DNA of 64,000 nucleotides from Nitrospirales bacterium (GTDB lineage Bacteria; Nitrospirota; Nitrospiria; Nitrospirales; UBA8639): NCBI GenBank assembly GCA_965203295.1, contig CBDBCZ010000017.1, positions 768,001 to 832,000 of the forward strand, read 5' to 3'. Shown piece by piece: positions 29,838 to 62,776 of this stretch (position 1 is its first letter; each line of letters starts with the position of its first letter). The notes under the pieces were generated by a model. It saw only the letters and a program-made list of their open reading frames with translations, ran no database searches and was not told where the DNA came from. The position numbers and the translations under genes were made by a program.

Positions 29838-31981
29838 CACACACAAGTATACACACACACAGCAAAAGGGTCTCAAGTGTCTCTATTATCAAAGCCATTT
29901 GGGCTATAAAATAATTCAAACCAAAACCATATATATGTACCGGGGAAGATGCTAGCCACTCTTAATTCAGCAGCGCTTTTAACCAGCGTCAGAAATCTTC
30001 TGAATCAGCTGAATGCACCTTCTTTATATCCCCACTCATGCCCTCCAATACATATATATGTAGGCTAGAGGGCAAGGTACAGCCTTCAGCAATATAATTT
30101 AGGACTATATAACTCACACATAAACTTGCAGACCCAAATTGTGCTAATTAGTTCTATGTGAGTTTCATATAGTATATAGTTCATATTCCTCCTTTTTGAA
30201 AAAAAAAGAAGCTACTATGGACTTTTTGATTGAGTATCCTTCTGCTTCTGTGTGCAGGTATTGTCAGTAGCTTTATATGTCACTGATATACACTTCCTGG
30301 CCATGGTTTATGTATTACATATATCTAAAATAGATATCTAATTACAGGCCATTTAAGCCAGTCATGAGGTACTGTTGGAGTTCACAGTTCATGTGACTAG
30401 AATTCAATAATGATGCATGTTGCAATGACAACCCATAATGATATTATATTGAAAATGAATCAAAGAGATTCATTATCAGTTCCAGGAGCATGATATGCAG
30501 GTAACGTAAAATGCATTTCTAAGCCTGAGTCTGTTCTCACGCTCTCCTACTCCTGTGTTTTGATTGTGCATACCTGCGGTGCACACACACATGGGATGTG
30601 TGTGGGTAGCTGTGTGTGTGTGTGTGTGTCAAAAGAGGAGAGCTCAGAGCAAGGTAGCTACTCTGCTGTGAATGTTACGTAGCTACATAGCTATGAAGAT
30701 AGATGGATGCCACCCTGCATGGGGTTAACAATTGCTATCCTTTCAATGGATGTGAGATTTAAAGCTTTCAAGCTTTCTAGTTCAATTAGTAATTTGGGAT
30801 ATTATTATGAAGGTGCTGAGGATATTATTGGTTCAGTACCCCCCTTTGTATTTTTATTCTTTTTTACAAGCTGTTCTTAACAGATTGACGTCCCTGCTGG
30901 TTTTTGTGAGAACTCAAACTTAAGTTAGCGAAGAACTTTATGACCATGTACGGCTTAGACACTCATAGCTCAACAACACAACAGTAGAATTAAAGCCGCC
31001 AGTCTGAGAACTATGCAGGACTAGAGTGGAGAAAACCAATAAAGGAATAAGAAGTTCGAGAAGGGGGGCTGGAGTCTGTTTTTAAACTGTGCTCCATCTC
31101 ATGGATGCAAAAAAAACTGTGTGGGAAACATCCATATCCTTCATATAAGATAATAATATGAAGCTTATTGTAAAAAGTGTCGAAGTGAATTGTCATATGA
31201 AAAGGTTTGAGAAGGGGCCCGGGGGGTAGGAGCCTTTTATTTTATGACTGGGCTACAACTGAAGATCGAAGTCTTAAGCTAGTCAAAAAGGAGTTTATAG
31301 GGTTAAATGGAAAGTTCAAGGAATACATGTAGCAATAATACCAATCAACTCTGACAATTATTGGCACCAAACAAATGTTTGCATTCATTTTGTACAGTCT
31401 GTGTCATTAACTAGGACATGTATATGGAGATATCCAGATGAGGTGGACAGTCCCTATACGTACCACTGTTCAGGTACAACCAGTTTACATGACCAGGTGG
31501 ACAGCACAGATCCTGTTTGCTTATCTCTGCATGTGGCTGATTTAATGGCTGAGTAATCAAGCCATAGTACATGTGGCTATAATTGTTTACAAGAAAAGTA
31601 TTGCAGTTTCAGCCAACAGATTGTATAGTGTATTGAGTCTTGTATCTAATCAGCTTCATTTATACTGCAAACAGCAATTTCTATTTTCATGTTCTTCGGA
31701 ATTGGGTTCCCAGAGATTAGATAAATTAGTAGTACATGTAGTTTCAACATACATCAAGCTACTGTACTGTACACTGTATTGAGTCTGCATCTAATGGATA
31801 CTGCAAACAGCAATTTCTTTCTTTCTGTTTTCATGTTCTTGGGAATTGGGTGCCCAGAGATGTTAATAGTGTAAAAAAAATACATAAGTACACAACAACC
31901 AAAACGATTAATATATACATGTACAGTGCCAGTTAGTCAATCCTCAGTAGTGGTCTAGCCATCTAGGAATTGTTTTTATTT

Positions 31982-32388
31982 TAAGTAGGTCTTTGTCCAT
32001 CCCCCAATATATTTGTACTGTGTGTCCGTTGCAGGGTTGAGTTTTATGCAGTGAGAATGGCAGTAGCGTTGAGACAGTTGGGAGTTAGCAGCCATTTGAG
32101 CAGAGGCTCAAAGCGCAGTAAGTATTAATTAGTGGGTCCACCACTAGCGAGACGTAGTGGTAGGATATCACATTGGCGACGAGGATGGGATCCCAATGTG
32201 GTATCCTACCGCTGTGTCTTGCTAGTGGTCGACCCACTAATACTTACTGCATTTTGAGCTTCTGCTCAAACGACCGCTAATTAGTTCTCAACTGTCTCAA
32301 CGCCCCTGCAATTCTCATCTGCATAAAACTCAACCCTGCAACAGACACACAGTACAAATATATTGGGGGACGGACAAAGACCTACTTA
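31982..32388. repeat. Foldback element with about 190-bp imperfect inverted arms
   Basis: aagtaggtctttgtcc...gtagtggtaggatatcacattgg is mirrored by ccaatgtggtatcctacc...ggacaaagacctactt. Confidence 0.85.
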
Positions 32389-35300
32389 CAAAGATATAGA
32401 CACATTCACTGAACAACAAAAACAACAAAATTCACAATGGGGGGGGGGGGGGGGGGGGGGTGGGCACAAGGACACAAAACGGGGGAGGGGGGGGGGGTAG
32501 GCTAGAGAGAACAAAGGTATACTTATTGTCGCTATACTACAGGCTGCAACTTTGAATGCAGCTTTTTCAGTATGTAACAAAGTATCCATTGAATCAATAG
32601 TAAGAAACCTATGCATGGAGCATGAGAAACTGTGCAAGGTACACTAAATGGCTCATACATAGGATGGGCAGCTACATAATGGCTGCAGCTATGTACTAAC
32701 TAGGCCAAGGTGGAGCTGAGGTCTAGAACATATAGAGCTGCCCATGCTCTGAGTCAATAAATATGCACATTATCAGCTGCCTATGCTCTATGGAATATGA
32801 ACATCATCATATAATTATATATACCTTGATACATAGCTATACTAATCAGTTTAGAGTTCCATACGCATTGTCATTAAGTACAAAGAAAGCTCAATGGGCT
32901 GCTTGCAATATTCCTGTAGCTGCATATATGGGCATCACATCAGCTGATCTCAATGATTAGCTGATTACCATGCAAGTTCCATTTTGACTAGAACCAGAAA
33001 GGCTAGACATAGCTCCAGCTAAGAAAACCAGGCACGGAACCACAGACTGATAGTCACTAGCATGTAGCTCCCTCGAACCTGCATTTGTAATTCCTGTAAC
33101 TACATACATAATTATATGAGGTAACCTTTGAATTGGAACAAGCTCTCAGTAAAAGCAGTCCTAGTATTCTTGCACTATACCACCATGCAGGTACAACTGA
33201 TTTGGCTGTATAGAAGGGGCAAAATCTGTACAGTGGCATGGGGAGTGTGTCAATTGTAAGACCTATCTCATAGCTATACCCTTCCCCTTGTCAATGAGTT
33301 TCTAATCCTCTCTGCATGTGCAGAGTGAACCATCACAATGAGGGAGAAAAGCCACCCCCCCCCCCACCCTCCCCAGGCCCTCCGCTGTAAGAATTAATTA
33401 ATTCTCAGTGTCTTGTTAGGAACAGTTAAAGGTCAGTTTGGGTGAGGGGAGTTTAAATTCCGAGGCGAATTAGAAGTCAAGGAGTTTAACCCCTCACCCA
33501 AACTGACCTTAACTGATTTAATATACATACATTGGTATTATCAATGATCCCAGTATGTGGCCTCCTTTGAGTGCTACAAGTATGGTTGCCATGGTAATGT
33601 ATATTAAATTAATATATTAGTGTAGTCGCTTGTAAAACAAACAAACAAACAAACAAATTGCACGTTCCGATTACAGCAATAATCATATTTACTTGACATG
33701 TAGGACATACCTGAAGTCAAGTCACACCAGCTAGCCTATACTGTGTTTCAACTATAGCGGAAAAAATCAAGGGGAACAGATAGTTATAGATAATTGCCTA
33801 GATTTGGAGTCACAGGTGAGGGTGCTATATATACGGGATGAGGTGTGTCTGGGTATCCAGGCATACCTATATAGCCTGCATGCTCACTGTAGTACCTACA
33901 GTTGCTTAGTTGCACTTGGTTCGTGACTGGATAAAAAAATCTTTGTAGCTAAGTCAGCCAAACAGAGTATCCACAAAAAATTCTTCATATTTACATGGAG
34001 AACGCAGTGTAGCTACAGGTTTCACTGGGACTACACCAAAATGTAGTCTATGGAGCATGGTACTTCAACCCTTACGTCAGAAATGTGTAACAACTATATT
34101 GCATGTCTGCATGTGCCATTTGACATGGTGCCAGCTATTGTAGCCTCGTTCCCATAACACATTGCTATTGGATATTATTATACCATAACACACATGAACA
34201 CACACACACACACACACACATGCATGGACATGCCACTTTCAGCATCAAATCACATATCTGATTCAGTTCAGATCAAATTGCTGCCTATATATACACATGG
34301 AAACTGAACAGATGGCTATATATTTGTCTCCCCCCCACACACACCCCCCTGAAAAGAAAACACTGACAATAACATACCATCACCAGTGCGTAGTTCCCCC
34401 CTCTTGAACATATCCTAATAATAATATAGGCCCTTATATGCAACCATCTCATTTCATCATCAGTAATTTTGATAACCAATCCAGCAAGTAGCCTAACACA
34501 TACTAAGATCTAAACAGACACAAAAGGTGCTTATAATCCCTGTTGCTAATAGCTACCTGCCAAGTGGTGTATGAATGTGAGTCCCCATAATTGAAACTAT
34601 AGTTGTTTCATTTTCTTAGGAACTCACATATAGCAGTTACCTGCTCATAAATCACTTTCAGTTCTCAGAAGTTATAATTATGCTAGCTGTTGATATAATT
34701 ATATGCAAATACAATGACAAACCATAAAGGTATGTATGCTAGCAGGTAGCAAGAAATGTCTGGACTGGAATCATACTGTGAACATTCTAATTCTAGCCTC
34801 CTTTAGGGAATCATGCAAGACACCATACCCTTATCAAATCTAATTATGCACTAGGTTTAATTAAGGTGGCACAAAAGGGCTTAGCATACACTTCATTATG
34901 ATATGATCACAGTGGTGTGGTTGTTCTTGTATTCAACCCCCCCCCCTGGAGTGCTTTTTGTGGGTGGGGTAAAAACGTTACTTTGTGGCTTAAATTCACT
35001 TTATTGGTAATCATCATAATTATGACGGCTAACTACCTTATTAGGTTAAAAACTGCACTGCAAGAGGAAATCATTTATTTATGGCAACAATTGCACTTGC
35101 TAAATTTACGTAATAGCAGTATACAGCACAAGTGACAAAAGGTTTGCATGCTTTACATTCTCTACATTACATAGGCAAGCTCATTACACGTATGCCATTC
35201 ATGATAATGATCATAGGAAAACTCAATAGCTTACAATTGTACATAATAAAAGGTATATAAAAAATTAAGATAGTAACAAAATTTAATGGCATGACCAATT

Positions 35301-35476
35301 TGGAATGTATTAGCTTAAAGTCCATATAGTTGCTGATAGTATAGTAGCATATAGCTACCAGAGAAGGAAAAAAATGGCTACTGACACTACAATCATCAGT
35401 GACTAAATACTGTAACAGTGCTATAGTATAAGAGTGCATGGTTATGCAGTTTGAATCATTTCAAACGATTGCGAAG

Positions 35477-36553
35477 TCAAGTGAGTGACGGAACACACCA
35501 GTACGTCACACGACCGTTACGAACCAAGTGCTCTACCTCCTCCCAAGCATCCATAAAAGAGGCAATCGTTTTCTTGGTCCCTTTAGAGTTCATGATGCGA
35601 GCGCTGAATTCCGGATTCTGCTTAGTTTTTGCCTTGTCGATTAACTTCTGCAGTAAATCAGTCCTGCCCGTCCCACCGTTCACCGCAATCCCGAACTCGC
35701 CCCAGAAATGCTTGGCTTCCTTCATGAACACAATGAGCTCTCTTATCCTCTGCGCCTCCTCGTGATGCTTCTGCCTCTCTTGCTGTAGCTGGTTAACTTC
35801 TCCATTCAAAGACCTCATTCTGTCGCTGAGATTCGAGACTTCTCGGTCGCGCTCACGGATACACTTTTCGAGCTCGCATCGCGTGTTACTTAACGCAGAC
35901 TCGCATCGGTTCTTGTGCTGCTGTGCTCGATTCAGGTTGTCCCTTGCTTTACCCACGTAGCTCTCGGCCTCTCCTATGGCTGTCCCTCCTACTGCTCCAC
36001 CCGCGCCACCAACAGCTGCTCCAGCGACTGCACCAACAGGGCCACCCACGAGAAATCCTACCACCCCGCCCAAAACGGCACCGCCAGCGCCACCAATGCC
36101 ACCACCTGTGTCCCTGCTCTTTTTACGATCTCTCCTAGCTTTAGCCAGATAGTCTTCCGCTTCGGACGTCCTTTGTTCTGCTCTTCGCAGGTCATCCCTG
36201 GCTTCACTTGCTTTCTGTTCATTCCGCAATTGCTCCTGTTTCAGTTGAGCTATCTTCGTCTCCGCGTAAGATTTAGTAGTGTTTATTTTTGTCTGCAGCT
36301 CTTCCTCATCCCGGCCAAGCTGCCCAATCTTCCTCATAATGTCCTCCATCTTTGCGATGTGATCTAACTCCAACGGCTCCAGTTGCTGCAGTGTTTCTTG
36401 CACCAGTGCTTCGATCCTGCTTCCATTATTTCTCACTGTCCCAAGAAGCTTGGCGGCATCTTCCACTTTTCCACTCCCAATGCACTGCAGAGCTTTAGAA
36501 ATGGTTTCGACGCAGTCTTTACCTCCGCCTTTTTCAATCGCAAGTTCCATCAT
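35477..36553 (-). CDS. Intronless 358-aa coiled-coil protein with central glycine-zipper hydrophobic segment (putative alpha-pore-forming component)
   Basis: Intact ORF; about 45-aa uncharged GGGIGGAGGAVLGGVVGFLVGGPVGAVAGAAVGGAGGAVGGTAIG between long charged heptad helices. Function is inferred. Confidence 0.88.
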   Translation of the reverse strand: MMELAIEKGGGKDCVETISKALQCIGSGKVEDAAKLLGTVRNNGSRIEALVQETLQQLEPLELDHIAKMEDIMRKIGQLGRDEEELQTKINTTKSYAETKIAQLKQEQLRNEQKASEARDDLRRAEQRTSEAEDYLAKARRDRKKSRDTGGGIGGAGGAVLGGVVGFLVGGPVGAVAGAAVGGAGGAVGGTAIGEAESYVGKARDNLNRAQQHKNRCESALSNTRCELEKCIRERDREVSNLSDRMRSLNGEVNQLQQERQKHHEEAQRIRELIVFMKEAKHFWGEFGIAVNGGTGRTDLLQKLIDKAKTKQNPEFSARIMNSKGTKKTIASFMDAWEEVEHLVRNGRVTYWCVPSLT

Positions 36554-36983
36554 AAAATCACGATCGCTATAACAGTCAGTCGTTCAAAAAATAGTTATAG
36601 CTAAAGAGGAGCACAAAAAATGCTGCAGTTGCCGTGGATCTTAAATTGCTGTGGAGCACTTTCAAGTTTTTCGACTGATTTACACGCGTACGCATAATAT
36701 AGCAGCGAGCGTGCAGTGCCACGTGTATATATACCCGATTAACAAAACTTTCCCTGGTAAATCCCCGGGCTGGGCGCCCTATAGGCGCGCGCCAGGCGCC
36801 TGGCGGCGTAGCGCTAACCGGCTAATTTATAGCAACCCTAAAACTTTCCCTGGTAAATCCCCGGGCCTGGCGGCTAAAAGCAAGTATATAAAACCTATAA
36901 ACTGCAGTTTATTCAGTTTCGGTTCGACTCTTAGACTGGTCTTCGTATCTAGTTCGACGCAAAAGCCTGCGACGCAAAAAGGA
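36554..36983. promoter_or_regulatory. Bidirectional promoter with a duplicated 27-bp kB-like element
   Basis: AAAACTTTCCCTGGTAAATCCCCGGGC identical at 36744-36770 and 36840-36866; TATA-like boxes at about 36725-36733 and 36885-36892; Inr-like TCAGTT at about 36913; CpG-rich. Confidence 0.65.
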
Positions 36984-39374
36984 ATGGCGGATAGTCTTCC
37001 GGAAGAGAAACTTGCGGTTCAAATCGGTGATGGGACCTACTCCCTCGTAAAGGTTCCCCCCGAAGACTCTGCAATCGTCAAGGAGCAGGAGGGTCGTCTT
37101 CTGGGAGCGGTCGACCTGAAGTCGCTCGTGCAAGACCTCGGACGAGTAGGGAAATTTGTCCGCATTGCGTACAACGGCGTCGGAGCGGCGGGTGCGAAAT
37201 CCGAGTTCGTTGAGCTGCAGATAAAAATCCAGGACCTGGGCTACGATATTACGAAGCTCTGCGACAAGTCCGCCATCACTGTGGCCCAGTTCAAGAAGGC
37301 CTCCGGTAGCATCCTGGTTGACCTGCAGTGCACTTATGAGTACTTGCTCGATAATCTCGAAGAAATGGCTGTCGAAACGTTGTCTTCCGTCTCGCAGCTC
37401 GCCGGTAGCATGGCAAAAGCCGCGGATGAGCTTCACCATGACTTTGAAAAGCAAGGGGAGAAAGTCAAGAAAACGCTCGAGGACACACAGAGGAAAAAAG
37501 GCGAACAGGTATTTTGTTCTATTATAATTATATTATCTATAGTGGCGGTGACTTGCAAACGTAACTCCTATGCGCATAAAACGGCTGCCTATTCCATTAT
37601 TTGTACCCTCCATGTGCTCCCTAGTGAAAAAAAAAGTTGACGATTACACTTGCACACAATGTATACGTATGCAATGCATGCAGTGTCAGATACTTACAAT
37701 AATACTTGCATCCCGCTAAATTCGAATTCAGAGGTGAAATTATGTGTAAGATTTCTTTGTCCTCCATTATTCCGGTAGTTATTACATAATTATATATATA
37801 GTTACAGAAAAAGCACTTTACCAAAAAGCGCAAAAACTATTTATGTAGGGAAGCACTTCCACAAAAACAAAGGCTATAACTAACTCACACCACCGTATGG
37901 GTCACAGACTACCTAAACATCACAGCCCAATGCATTACAGAGTAGGTATACATTTACAAATCACAGCGCAGTGCGTTTACGGAGACCATCCTCACTACCA
38001 ATCGGCATGGTCTCCGTAAATGCACTACGCTGTGATTTGTAGCTACTCTGTAATGCATTTGGCTGTGATGGTAGTCTGAGCACCCATTGCAGTGCACAGA
38101 CTACCTACTTGAACTTAATTAATTGTACTAAGGTTGTCTCAACCTTCAACCTACTTGAACTTGTACTAAGGTTGTCTCAACCTTCAACCTACTTGAACTT
38201 GTACTCATACTGGTAGCAAAGACCACTTGTTATTCCTGTAACATTTTTGCAGTGATTGCATGCATGTGGTATTTGGTACATGTGTGGGTTGATAATTGGC
38301 AGCCTATGCTATATATTGCATTGACAACAGTGCAATATGGCATACATTGCACCGGGTAGCTTTCATCCACCCATGCATGCACACTCCAGGCTACAATAAC
38401 ATGTTGGAACAAGGAATGAGTATAATTATTACGCAAAACTTTCAAAAATATAGGCAGAGCTTGTGGAGAAGAAGGCGAGTGAACGCCTGAAGATGGAAGT
38501 TGACCAAAGAAAAGAACAGCAACTAATGGAAGAAGCCAGACTGCGTGAGGAGGAGGCAGCTCGTGAATACAGAAAGTACGAAGAGAAGGAGGATGAGGCG
38601 ATACTGGGAATGTCGACAGTCAGTTCAGGAGATGGTCCAGGTGGAGTGTTAGGCTTGGTGAACGGTCTCACGTCGTTTGCGGGGTTTGGTTCGGTCTTTG
38701 GGGGCAAAGCTGCAGCTCGACGGGCTGAGGAAAAGATGATTGCAGCTGAGAAGACGGCTAATAGGTGGAAGGAGAAGCGATGCGAGTCCCTGAAGATAGC
38801 CAACGAGCAACGAGAAAAACGTCATGCTGCTCTCCAATCATTCACCGACTTTGCTGCCAAGATCTCGCAGTGCAGTCGAGAAGAGAATATGGCAGATGCC
38901 GCCGTGGACGCCTTACATGAAGCGATGCGAGGCCTGAAACAGCTATCGCTGATCATGATGAAGGCGGCCCTCTTCTGGAAGCAGATGCAGGAGCATTGCA
39001 AGTCACTCGCCGAATCGAAAATGCAGAGCATGGTTGAGAAAGCCCTGACGATGCCCGAGGAAAGGCGAATGAAAGTGTGGACGTCCAACGGATTCAAGAA
39101 GAAAGCCGTAGAGTTTTACGCTGGGTGGGTGGCTCTGAATGGCGTCTGTGCGAAATACATCGAGCAGATTAAACTGACTCAAAGAGACCTCTACGAGTAT
39201 CTCAAAGAGAACCCAACTTATGAACAGTCTCGTCGACTTCTTCCCCAGCTCGCTAGAGAGTTTGAGGCCGACTTGAAGGCCGCGCAACAAGCCATTGCTG
39301 ATCAGTCCACTGCCGCTGAAGAAGAGATCAAATCCCTGTCATCACCTCCGGCTGCTAACGGAGCAGAGGAATGA
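36984..39374 (+). CDS. Two-exon 481-aa helical protein with central Gly-rich hydrophobic segment (putative alpha-pore-forming component)
   Basis: Exon 36984-37508 (CAG|gtattt) joins exon 38454-39374 (atatag|GCA) in phase 0; GPGGVLGLVNGLTSFAGFGSVFGGKAAA lies between coiled coils. Function is inferred. Confidence 0.88.
37843..38075. mobile_element. Intronic repeat with internal hairpin
   Basis: 37905-37990 is mirrored by 38006-38078; related sequence at about 47690-47885 and 17104-17140. Confidence 0.7.
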
Positions 39375-40189
39375 TGTAGTTCCATTCAGTGGGACTTGGA
39401 GATGTGACCTTAATTCAGTATAGGATCAATTTGATAGAATCACTTTGTTTATAATTATGTGATTTTTCACAACGAATGATTTTCACCTATAGGCCAAACC
39501 CAGCCGTTTACTTATATCCGTTTACTTATATCTTGCTTATAATGTGTGGCTACAGCAACATGCCGAATCTGTAATCCTACTTGTTGATTTTTCCCATGTT
39601 AAAGCTAGTACTGTAACAGTACATTTGATTGCACAAGGTATACATGACACATGTGTATTAAAATTTGAAGCCATTAAATGCTTGACAATATACTTGATCG
39701 GTCTCAAATTATATGCTTAGAGTTACCATGCGCTAGTTGGAAAAACAGTACATCAACTTGTTGAGTGTTAGGCAATACTGTATAGCGCTTAAATTTGGCG
39801 GGTCTAAAAATTCGCGAATAGCCGTTTTTGAACGTTTCGTTGAAATAATTTGGTGAATTCGTTGTTGAACTCACCACACCCACGTACTAATGAATAATGG
39901 GCAGAGCGTACCTGAGTGACTAAATGCGCACAGATTTACAGGAAGCTTAGTAGCGATTTGTGGCTATGTACCATGAGCTAGTTAGTAAGTTGGAAAAACA
40001 GCACGTCAACTTGTTGAGTGTTAGGCAATAATTACAGTGGAACCCCTCTTAAGGGACACCCCTGAATTAGGACATGTATCCCAAAATGTTCATGTACATG
40101 TACCTTTGAAATGATGACACCTCTCTATACAAGACATTTCACCAGGTCCCCAAGGTGTCCATAATAGAGGGGTTACAATGTATAGTCTA

Positions 40190-40620
40190 ATTTTGTTTGG
40201 TCGTTTTGGGGGTCAAAGATGATTCAGAAACATACATGAAGAAAAGAGGAAGGTAAGTGAGAAGAGACATAGATCATCCAACGAACGTGAAAATGTCTCG
40301 CTGCTCTCTTAGACAATGACCAACTTTGCTGCCTATATTATAGATCTCACAATGGTGACCAGAAGACAACATGGCTAAAGCTGCATGCATGCTCAGCTTA
40401 ACCCTTTCACCGGTATAGGCCACTTTACTGCCCAAAGAAACAAAACGAAAGCCCATACTTTATATTAACGCCTAATATAAAAACACCATAATTATAAATT
40501 CATATGGGCCTTATGGAAGCAGGTCTCTACCGGTGAAAGGGTTAAGCTTCACGTAAGGGAGGACCTGAAAAAGCTATCGCTGACCATGATGAAGGCAGCC
40601 CTCTACTGGAAGCAGATACA
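40190..40620 (+). pseudogene. Decayed fragment of the 481-aa gene exon 2, split by a TTAA MITE
   Basis: 40562-40620 (acctgaaaaagctatcgctgaccatgatgaaggcagccctctactggaagcagatacag) matches about 38932-38990; 40190-40385 matches about 38685-38900 with indels. Confidence 0.8.
40402..40541. mobile_element. piggyBac-like MITE with TTAA TSD
   Basis: ttaa|ccctttcaccggta...taccggtgaaaggg|ttaa. Confidence 0.88.
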
Positions 40621-40757
40621 GCTGCATAATTTTAATTGAAAAAAAAACAAACTGAATCTTGAACATATTTTCTTTCCCAGCTGGCTAAAATTAATATGAG
40701 GCTGATTTCAAGGCTGTGTGATGATACCTTGCTGATTGATAAGTTCACTATGCACCC

Positions 40758-41225
40758 CTACCACAGTCTTCAATCCCTGATGCTCGATCCACATCTACCA
40801 CGGTCTTCAATCCCTGCATGATGCTCGATCCACATCTACCACGGTCTTCAATCCCTGATGCTCGATCCACGATCTTTGATCCCTGATGCTCGATCCACAT
40901 CTACCACGATCTTCAATCCCTGATGCTCGATCCACATCTACCACGGTCTTTGATCCCTGATGCTCGATCCACATCTACCACGGTCTTTGATCCCTGATGC
41001 TCGATCCACATCTACCACGGTCTTCAATCCCTGATGCTCGATCCACGATCTTTGATCCCTGATGCTCGATCCACATCTACCACGGTCTTCAATCCCTGAT
41101 GCTCGATCCACATCTACCACGGTCTTCGATCCCTGATACTCGATCCACATCTACCACGGTCTTTGATCCCTGATGCTCGATCCACATCTACCACGGTCTT
41201 TGATCCCTGATGCTCGATCCACATC
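40758..41225. repeat. Minisatellite, 37-bp unit with 28-bp variants
   Basis: CCACGGTCTTCAATCCCTGATGCTCGATCCACATCTA repeated head to tail about 13 times with no spacers. Confidence 0.95.
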
Positions 41226-41543
41226 CTCTTGGGAAAACTCCAGCAAGCAAAAAAATTACTGTTGATAGAACTAGTTCCATAATATGCAATCACGAATATA
41301 GCATAATAGTTAGGAGTCACACAATTGCGGGATTGTAGTATTACGTAAGAAACACGGTAAAAGTGATGCCATGATTGCCACAGTATTAATTTACGTACAC
41401 ATACATGTATATCACTTCACAGACTTTGCATGCACACAAACCATAATATAACATCAAAATTGTGACGTACAGTATCCAAAATCTGTGACACTACTCTGAC
41501 ACTATTATACAATACAAGATAGTTATAATAATGATTGCAGCAC

Positions 41544-47080
<5,537 letters not shown>

Positions 47081-47462
47081 GGTTGAAAGCTTCTGACTCG
47101 AACTGCGCTGCCTATACTATTTCTCTTCCGCATATAAAAAGCTAAAGCCACTCTTTCCCCCAAACCTTGATCATGTGACGATTAAGCTTACGTAATGGGT
47201 TCGGTGACCTCTAGCTCTCTCGGGGTGGATCCAATTTTAGCAGGAACCCCTAGCTTCGGGGGTCAAAAGTTGAGCAATACTACATGTATACAGTACACAG
47301 CAGAAATTTGCAGAAATGAACAGCTACATAATACTTTACGTAATAAATTACAAAAAATCTTTCAAGAGAACATGCTACAGGTGCAGTTGATCAGCAGAAA
47401 CAATCAACTATTCATACACTCATGCACAAACATTAATTTTCTCTACACAACAACTCTCCGGT

Positions 47463-61896
<14,434 letters not shown>

Positions 61897-62484
61897 CGTG
61901 CCGGTGATTGCAGGGATGAGGGAGAGGGTTGACGTTAATTAGTGCCGGTGATTGCGGGGACGAAGGGGGGGGTTGACGGTAGCGCAGGTGGGGATCTGAG
62001 AGGCAAGGACACGGATAGCCAAACAAATAAACATTGCGGTTGATTGTGTATTTCAAGAATCAAATTATACTGAATTAGCAACTCAGCTCACATTGCTCAT
62101 GACAAGCCAATTCTAATGGAGGTGCTAAAGGCTTTCAAACAGGATGTACCTATGTTTTTGCAGGGGGGTGGGAGAGATGTTACTTGTGCGTGTGTGGGGT
62201 AACGCCCTCTAAGATACTCTGGGGGGGCATAATTTTAGGAACCTATTCAGGAAGGGGCGAGGGGGATTTCGAATATCCCCACCGTATTAAACCCTGAAAG
62301 TGGAGACTGAATGATTGGATAGCAGTCCACACATGTACAGCGAGTGCTCAATCGTACACTATATCATCAGGTATCTATGGTGCAAGACTGATAATCCCAT
62401 ATAAGGTACTGAATTTTCAAAAATAAAGTTTGTTACACATTCAGTGCCCACATACCCCAACACACACACATAAATGTAAATGTA

Positions 62485-62776
62485 CATGTACTAGTGGGAA
62501 ATGCCTGGGTTCGAGGCTATACATGTAAAGGTACATGTACTAGTGGGAAATGCCTGGGTTCGAGGCTATACATGTAAAGGTACATGTACTAGTGGGAAAT
62601 GCCTGGGTTCGAGGCTATACATGTAAAGGTACATGTACTAGTGGGAAATGCCTGGGTTCGAGGCTATACATGTAAAGGTACATGTACTAGTGGGAAATAC
62701 CTGGGTTCGAGGCTATACATGTAAAGGTACGTGTACATGTACTAGTGGGAAATGCCTGGGTTCGAGGCTATACATG
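62485..62776. repeat. 49-bp tandem repeat, about 6 copies, containing a MITE terminus (GCCTGGGTTCGAGGCTA)
   Basis: Seen directly. Confidence 0.92.

Noticed and set aside
36914..36926. IRF/ISRE-like CAGTTTCGGTTCG
   Set aside because: Imperfect match lying about 28 nt after the TATA box, where TCAGTT is better explained as an initiator.
36651..36983. N-terminal extension of the 329-aa ORF-track entry
   Set aside because: Starts at GTG and translates promoter repeats; ATG 36984 after TATA/Inr is the credible start, and the ORF tail beyond 37508 is intron.
40758..41225. 37-bp repeat array as a CRISPR array
   Set aside because: Units are head to tail with no unique spacers, no cas genes are present, and the context is eukaryotic.
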